A stretch of 64,000 bases of DNA from Candidatus Avelusimicrobium stercoris (GTDB taxonomy: Bacteria; Elusimicrobiota; Elusimicrobia; Elusimicrobiales; Elusimicrobiaceae): positions 17,718 to 81,717 of the forward strand of contig DJFE01000015.1 in NCBI GenBank assembly GCA_002432025.1, in the 5' to 3' direction. The translations under genes and the position numbers were made by a program. The notes beneath the pieces were generated by a model, which was not told the DNA's origin, ran no database searches, and saw only the letters and a program-made list of their open reading frames with translations. Every line of letters starts with the position of its first letter. Position 1 is the first letter of the stretch. Positions 58,885 through 64,000 of this stretch are shown here, piece after piece.

Positions 58885-59002
58885 ATACAAAATTATATCA
58901 AATCTAAGTGTCTTTCTCCTTATTACGCGCGCAGGAACCCTATTTATAGAAAAATACGCAAAATATAGTAGAATATCTTATAGAGTGTATTAGAGGCCGT
59001 CT

Positions 59003-60133
59003 ATGACAAAGAAAACGATTTCCAAAGAAACACAAAAGCCGTCGCGCTTTTGTTTCCAATGTAAGCAACTGGCGGGGCCCGTAACCACGCGGGAGACCGC
59101 TTATTGCGCCAAAGATTTGGAAACGATAAAAAAACACGGGGTGGAAGGGTACGACGCCGTGGTGTTAATTGACGTTAAAACGCGCCAAATTACGGCTATT
59201 AGCAATGTGTTGGACTGCTCCACCGAGGATGTACGCGGCGTGCCGCTCCATTTGCAGGCCTTGGAACAGGCCTTAAAGGGGACTGTTTATCATTATGAGT
59301 GGGGATTTGAAAAGGACGGTACGCACTTTTTTTACCAAACGACTTTAATCCCTCTGCGCGGGGAAAAAGGTACCGTATCTACGGTGCTGGCGCTCACGCG
59401 GGATATTACCCACTGGGCCCGGAATTACCACGAACCCAATATGCTTAAAGAAGGGGCCGCGCCGCGGACCTTTGCGCAGATTTTACTGGCCGAACGGGAA
59501 GCCGAAAAAAGAGAGATTTCCAAATCCCTGCACGATGAAATAGGCTCTTCGGCGGTTATTTTAACGGCCCTTTTAAGTTTGGTAAAAGCCAGCGTAAAAG
59601 AGGGCGATACCAAGCAGGCGTTGACGGAAATAGCCAAATTGGATAAGCAGATTAAAGACAGTATTGAGCGGGTAAAAAATATTGTGGTGTCGCTCCGTCC
59701 GCCAAGTTTGGAAAACGACGGCGCCTTGGGCGGCTCGGTGCGGGAACTGTTGGATAACATCAGCCAAATGCTGCATATCCCGTACAAATTTGATTATAAG
59801 TCGGAGGGCGACTCTACCGGAGTGGCCGACAACGTAAAGATTTTGCTCTATCGTATCGTGCAAGAAGCCTTAACAAACATTGCCAAGTATGCACAGGCCA
59901 AAAATATTTATGTACTCTTGGAACGGGACGAATTTACCGCCCATTTGATTGTGCAGGACGACGGCGTTGGCTTTAAGCCGATGAAGGGAGGCTCCATCCG
60001 CCAAGTGGGTTTGCGCGCAATGAAGGACAGCGTGCAACTTTTGGGCGGGTCTATTTCTATTAAAAGCGCACCGGGCAAGGGAACGCGTATTGAAGTGTCG
60101 TGCCCGTGCGTGGTTTACGGGGGGAACAAATGA
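59003..60133 (+). CDS. Soluble HisKA_3-type sensor histidine kinase with PAS-like input
   Basis: ISKSLHDEIG H-box, QEALTN, DDGVGF, GL..M, GKGT; no TM segment evident. Confidence 0.9.
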   Translation: MTKKTISKETQKPSRFCFQCKQLAGPVTTRETAYCAKDLETIKKHGVEGYDAVVLIDVKTRQITAISNVLDCSTEDVRGVPLHLQALEQALKGTVYHYEWGFEKDGTHFFYQTTLIPLRGEKGTVSTVLALTRDITHWARNYHEPNMLKEGAAPRTFAQILLAEREAEKREISKSLHDEIGSSAVILTALLSLVKASVKEGDTKQALTEIAKLDKQIKDSIERVKNIVVSLRPPSLENDGALGGSVRELLDNISQMLHIPYKFDYKSEGDSTGVADNVKILLYRIVQEALTNIAKYAQAKNIYVLLERDEFTAHLIVQDDGVGFKPMKGGSIRQVGLRAMKDSVQLLGGSISIKSAPGKGTRIEVSCPCVVYGGNK

Positions 60134-60777
60134 GTATAAAAATTGTATTGGCGGATGACCACGCCATTGTACGCCAAGGCGTTCGCGCCGTGCTGGAAAA
60201 ATTAGGCAAAAATATGGAAGTCGTGGCCGAGATTGCCAACGGGAAGGATTTGGTGGAATATGCCGAAAAGACTCCGGCCGATGTGTATGTGGTGGATATT
60301 TCTATGCCGCTTTTAAACGGGATAGAGGCCACGGAACGCATTGTAAAGCGCGACCCCGAAGCCAAGGTGGTTATGCTGAGTATGTATGACGACCGGGTTT
60401 CGGTGGAAAAATCGCTCAAAGCCGGGGCGAAGGGTTTTATCGTTAAGGTTTCCACCGCCGATGAAATTGTAGATGCGATTGAAGAAGTCGCAGCCGGACG
60501 CTTTTATTTGTGCAGCAAAGTGTCTAAATACATTGTGCAAGGGTTCTTGGGCAAAACCTCGGCCCGCAAGCGCGATGCCACGGGGCTGACTCCCAAAGAA
60601 AAAGAGGTCCTGCAACTGATTGCCGAAGGTTACAGTAGCAAACAGATTGCCAAAACCTTTAATCTTTCGTTAAATACAATTCACGTGCACCGCAACAATA
60701 TTATGAAGAAACTCGGCATCCACAAACAGGCCGAACTGGTGCGCTTTGCCTTGAAGGAAGGCATTGCCCAATTATAA
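60130..60777 (+). CDS. NarL/LuxR family response regulator
   Basis: LADDH, DISMP, LTPKEKEVL..IAEG..SKQIA..LS..T...HR.NIM.KL; ATG 60130. Confidence 0.94.
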   Translation: MSIKIVLADDHAIVRQGVRAVLEKLGKNMEVVAEIANGKDLVEYAEKTPADVYVVDISMPLLNGIEATERIVKRDPEAKVVMLSMYDDRVSVEKSLKAGAKGFIVKVSTADEIVDAIEEVAAGRFYLCSKVSKYIVQGFLGKTSARKRDATGLTPKEKEVLQLIAEGYSSKQIAKTFNLSLNTIHVHRNNIMKKLGIHKQAELVRFALKEGIAQL

Positions 60778-60786
60778 AGGATTATT

Positions 60787-61389
60787 ATGCGTATTATTGC
60801 CGGAACTGCCCGCGGGCGCAGAATTTTTTCCGTATCTAAAAATTTGCCCGTAAAACCTATTTCGGACCGTATCAAACAGTCCCTTTTTGATATCCTGCGC
60901 CCCCGCATTACGGGGGCTATGATGTTGGATTTGTTCGCCGGAACGGGGAACGTGTCTTTGGAAGCGCTTTCCCGCGGGGCGATGCGTACGGTAATGCTGG
61001 ACAGAGAGCCCGCCTGTATTAAAAATATCCACCGCAACTTGGAGCATTTGGGCTTTGCGGACCGCGCCAAGGTGATCCGCGGGGATGTGTTAAAACCGCT
61101 TGATTTTCTGTTGGCGTACAGCGATAATGAAGGTTACGATATTATTTTTATGGGCCCGCCGTACCGCGACATCAACAACAAAATGTTGGCGCTGTCCGAG
61201 CCCGCGTTAAAAAACGTGGCCGATGCCAAGTTGCTTGCTAAAAACGGCATTATCGTTTTGCAAACGCACAAGACCGAAGAGTTTGCCGTGCCGGACACGC
61301 TGGAAATTTACCGCGTGGAAAAATACGGCGATACCTTGGTGCATTTCCTGCGCGCCAAGACGCAAAAGGACGAACCCGCCAATGTATAG
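60787..61389 (+). CDS. rsmD: 16S rRNA m2G966 methyltransferase RsmD
   Basis: MRIIAG..RGR, LDLFAGTG..SLEALSRG, GPPY (DPPY variant). Confidence 0.88.
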   Translation: MRIIAGTARGRRIFSVSKNLPVKPISDRIKQSLFDILRPRITGAMMLDLFAGTGNVSLEALSRGAMRTVMLDREPACIKNIHRNLEHLGFADRAKVIRGDVLKPLDFLLAYSDNEGYDIIFMGPPYRDINNKMLALSEPALKNVADAKLLAKNGIIVLQTHKTEEFAVPDTLEIYRVEKYGDTLVHFLRAKTQKDEPANV

Positions 61390-62116
61390 CGACGTATATG
61401 AATTAAACTATTCCAAAATCAAAACGTATTTGGAATGTCCCGTTTTGTATAAGTACAAATACATTGAGGGAAAGCGCGAAGGGCTAGTGCCCGCCTCTTC
61501 GTTGGGCGTGTCTATCCACCGTGCGTTGGAAGCGTACCACAAGGAAAGCAACGATCCCTCGGAATTGTTGTCTTATTACGACGATTGCTGGCTGGGCGCC
61601 GGATATTCCAGCGCGGGCGAGCAAATGGAGTGGTATTTAAAGGGCAAAAAAATGTTGGAAACCTACGCCCAGGCGGAATACGAGCGCAAAACCACCGTGG
61701 ACAGCACCGAGCGGGAATTTATCTTTCAGGAAGGGCAATGGACCTTGCGCGGCAAGATTGACCGCATAGATAAACTGCCCGACGGCTCTTGGGAAGTAAT
61801 TGACTACAAAACCGGGACGGATGTGGACCTTTCCCTGCCGGTAACCGATTCCCTGCAAATGGGCATTTACGCCGTAGGCGCCCAGCGCACTTGGAATATG
61901 AAGAAAGGCAAATGCACTTTCTATTTTGTGGCGTTTAACAAACAGATGAGCGCGCCGTTTGAAGCGTTTGACGAAAAGAAAATTTTGGAGACCTTTATTA
62001 ACATCGGCAAAAAAATTGAAGTGGCGGATTTTGAGCCTAATTTGGAGCATTGCGCCGCGTGTCCGTTTAACAACCGCTGTGAATTTTCCACGGTTAAACC
62101 TGCCGGGCAACAGTAA
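61382..62116 (+). CDS. RecB-family PD-(D/E)XK nuclease with 4-Cys motif
   Basis: YS.I.TY..CP, G..IH..LE, RGKIDRID, IDYKTG, Q..Y, CAACPFNNRC; ATG 61382. Confidence 0.85.
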   Translation: MYSDVYELNYSKIKTYLECPVLYKYKYIEGKREGLVPASSLGVSIHRALEAYHKESNDPSELLSYYDDCWLGAGYSSAGEQMEWYLKGKKMLETYAQAEYERKTTVDSTEREFIFQEGQWTLRGKIDRIDKLPDGSWEVIDYKTGTDVDLSLPVTDSLQMGIYAVGAQRTWNMKKGKCTFYFVAFNKQMSAPFEAFDEKKILETFINIGKKIEVADFEPNLEHCAACPFNNRCEFSTVKPAGQQ

Positions 62117-62119
62117 TTT

Positions 62120-63262
62120 ATGAAAGACCTGATTAAAAAAGCAAAACGTATTGTGTTTAAATTCGGTACCAACGCATTAAGCACCGATAATGGCGACTTG
62201 GCGTTGTCCCGTCTGTATTCTTTTATGGAAGATATCGCCGCCTTGCGTGCCCAAGGCAAAGAGGTAATGATTGTTACCTCCGGGGCCGTGGGGATGGGCA
62301 AACGCCGCTTGGGGCTGACGAGTGCGCCGGATGTGGTGTCCTTAAAGCAGGCCTGTGCGGCGGTTGGGCAGATTAGCCTAATGAAATTTTACGAGGACGG
62401 TTTTAAACAGTTGGGTGTTGTGGCCGCCCAAGTATTGCTTACCGAAGACGATTTTTCCCACAGAAGCCGCTATTTAAGTTTGCGCGATACCTTAAACCGC
62501 TTGCTGGAACTGGGCTGTATCCCGGTAATTAACCAGAACGATACTGTTTCCACCAATGAATTGCGCGGTTATAAGGAAAAGGGCGTTAATGTGTGTTTTA
62601 GCGATAATGATAAACTTTCCGCCCTTGTCGCCAGCGGGATGGATGCGGATTTGCTGTGCGTAATGAGCGATGTGGAAGGGTTATACAATGGCGACCCGCG
62701 CAAGGATAAAAACGCCAAATTAATTGACGTGGTACAGGGCGTTACGCCGGAGATAGAAGCCTTGGGCTTTTGTGCTTCTTCGCGCGGCCGCGGCGGGATG
62801 AAGACCAAACTGGAAGCCGCCAAGGTGGTTACGCGCTCGGGCGCGGCGATGATTATCGCCTACGGCAAAAAGCCGGGGGCGGTATCCTCATTATTCGGAC
62901 CTGATTTTAAGGGCACGCTCTTTTTGCCCGTAGAAAATTTACCCGGTAAAAAATTATGGTTGGCCTACGCTACCAATGTGGCGGGCGGGCTTACGGTAAA
63001 CGCCGGGGCCAAAAAGGCAATGTGCGAAAAGGGCTCTTCCTTGCTCCCTGCCGGAATTACGGCTGTGGCGGGCGAGTTTGAGGCCGGGGACGCTATTTCC
63101 ATTTTAGACGAAGCCGGGCAGGAATTTGCGCGCGGACTTGTGAATTATTCGTCCAAAGAGTGCCGCAAAATAGCAGGCTGCCGCTCGGAAGACATCGCCC
63201 AAAAAATCGGCTATAAAAACTATGACGAAGCCGTCCACCGCGACAATATTGTTTTACTGTGA
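62120..63262 (+). CDS. proB: Glutamate 5-kinase
   Basis: VFKFGT, TSGAV, NQNDTV, DNDKL, GGM.TK, C-terminal PUA domain. Confidence 0.96.
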   Translation: MKDLIKKAKRIVFKFGTNALSTDNGDLALSRLYSFMEDIAALRAQGKEVMIVTSGAVGMGKRRLGLTSAPDVVSLKQACAAVGQISLMKFYEDGFKQLGVVAAQVLLTEDDFSHRSRYLSLRDTLNRLLELGCIPVINQNDTVSTNELRGYKEKGVNVCFSDNDKLSALVASGMDADLLCVMSDVEGLYNGDPRKDKNAKLIDVVQGVTPEIEALGFCASSRGRGGMKTKLEAAKVVTRSGAAMIIAYGKKPGAVSSLFGPDFKGTLFLPVENLPGKKLWLAYATNVAGGLTVNAGAKKAMCEKGSSLLPAGITAVAGEFEAGDAISILDEAGQEFARGLVNYSSKECRKIAGCRSEDIAQKIGYKNYDEAVHRDNIVLL

Positions 63263-63270
63263 GGATTTGT

Positions 63271-64000
63271 ATGAACGTATCTGAAATTGCCGCCAAGGCC
63301 AAAGAAGCCTCTTATGTATTGGCCGCTTTGCCGCCCGAAGCCAAGGACCGTGCCTTAAACGCTATGGCGTGCGCCTTGCGCGTCCACGCGGACGAAATTT
63401 TGCAGGCCAACCAGTTAGATTTGCAGGCCGCCAAAGAAGCCGTAGAAGCCGGAAAAATGAAGCCAGCCCTCTACGAACGTTTAAAATTGACGCGCGACAA
63501 ACTGGAAACGGTTATCCGCGGGGTGGAAGAAATGGTGGAACTGCCGGACCCGGTCGGACAAGTATTGTCCGCCACGGAACTGGACGAGGGCCTGAACCTG
63601 TATAAGATTTCTTGCCCCATTGGCTTAATCGGCGTGATTTTTGAAGCGCGCCCCGATGTGGTGCCGCAAATTGCGGCGCTTACCGCCAAGTCGGGTAATG
63701 CCGTTGTATTAAAAGGCGGCAAAGAAGCCCAGCACACCAACGACGCTCTTGCCAAAGTGCTTCAAAATGCCTTATCCACCGTGCCCGGTTATCCGCCCTA
63801 TGCGCTTAATTTAATTCACTCGCGCGAAGAATCAGCGCAAATGTTGGCGCTGGATAAATATTTTGACTTAATTATTCCCCGCGGGGGCAATTCACTTTTG
63901 GCTTATGTAAAGGCTAATACTAAAATTCCGGTATTGGGGCACGCGGACGGCGTGTGCCATATTTATGTGGCCCGCTCGGCGGACGCGCAAGTGGCCAAGC
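63271..64000 (+). CDS. proA: Gamma-glutamyl phosphate reductase (partial, runs off the right edge)
   Basis: Hand translation from ATG 63271: LPDPVG, PIGLIGVIFEARP, KSGNAVVLKGGKEA, IPRGG, GHADGVCHIYV. Confidence 0.95.
   Translation, partial: MNVSEIAAKAKEASYVLAALPPEAKDRALNAMACALRVHADEILQANQLDLQAAKEAVEAGKMKPALYERLKLTRDKLETVIRGVEEMVELPDPVGQVLSATELDEGLNLYKISCPIGLIGVIFEARPDVVPQIAALTAKSGNAVVLKGGKEAQHTNDALAKVLQNALSTVPGYPPYALNLIHSREESAQMLALDKYFDLIIPRGGNSLLAYVKANTKIPVLGHADGVCHIYVARSADAQVAK

Noticed and set aside
61382..62116. Cas4 / CRISPR adaptation gene
   Set aside because: It has a 4-Cys PD-(D/E)XK fold but sits in a housekeeping operon with no cas1/cas2 or array; treated as a stand-alone RecB/AddB-like nuclease.
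92..63755. Numerous antisense or alternate-frame ORFs in the track (e.g. 2869-3933 +, 7206-7970 -, 47348-48208 +)
   Set aside because: They overlap well-supported genes, lack recognisable motifs and are expected shadows of codon bias.

Overview
A gene-dense window, mostly minus-strand and mostly housekeeping, from a diderm bacterium. The LPS/BAM machinery, scattered type IV pilin-like genes, Na+-pumping oxaloacetate decarboxylase and gene order suggest an Elusimicrobiota-like genome, but that is inference and was not tested. In order it holds: lptD (partial), ROK kinase, xerC, topA, dprA and comM; two lipoproteins and a 997-aa DnaA-ATPase paralog; deoC and tpiA; bamA-skp-lpxD-lpxC-fabZ-lpxA-lpxI; rpmB, terC and tRNA-Thr(TGT); a signal-peptide-bearing TldD/TldE-like pair; a TolC-patatin-TPR cluster; greA; GH57/DUF4912; znuACB-nth-GT9; oadGAB/birA; a pilin; PBP1A-mfd-PPIases-pdxA; a two-component pair; rsmD; a RecB-like nuclease; and proBA. 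No CRISPR array, transposase or prophage was seen. The most unusual signals are six. (1) A dispersed 39-nt palindromic repeat family has perfectly covarying stems; one copy plus a related doublet lies in frame inside a 77-aa prepilin leader. (2) That pilin has a T12 tract in its putative promoter spacer. (3) An LPS glycosyltransferase carries a G11 tract. (4) A 195-bp structured element is bounded by a duplication of the tRNA-Thr 3' end. (5) A DnaA-like AAA+ protein has a ~600-aa low-complexity N-terminus and no recognisable DNA-binding domain. (6) Several genes appear leaderless, one with paired upstream operator-like repeats.
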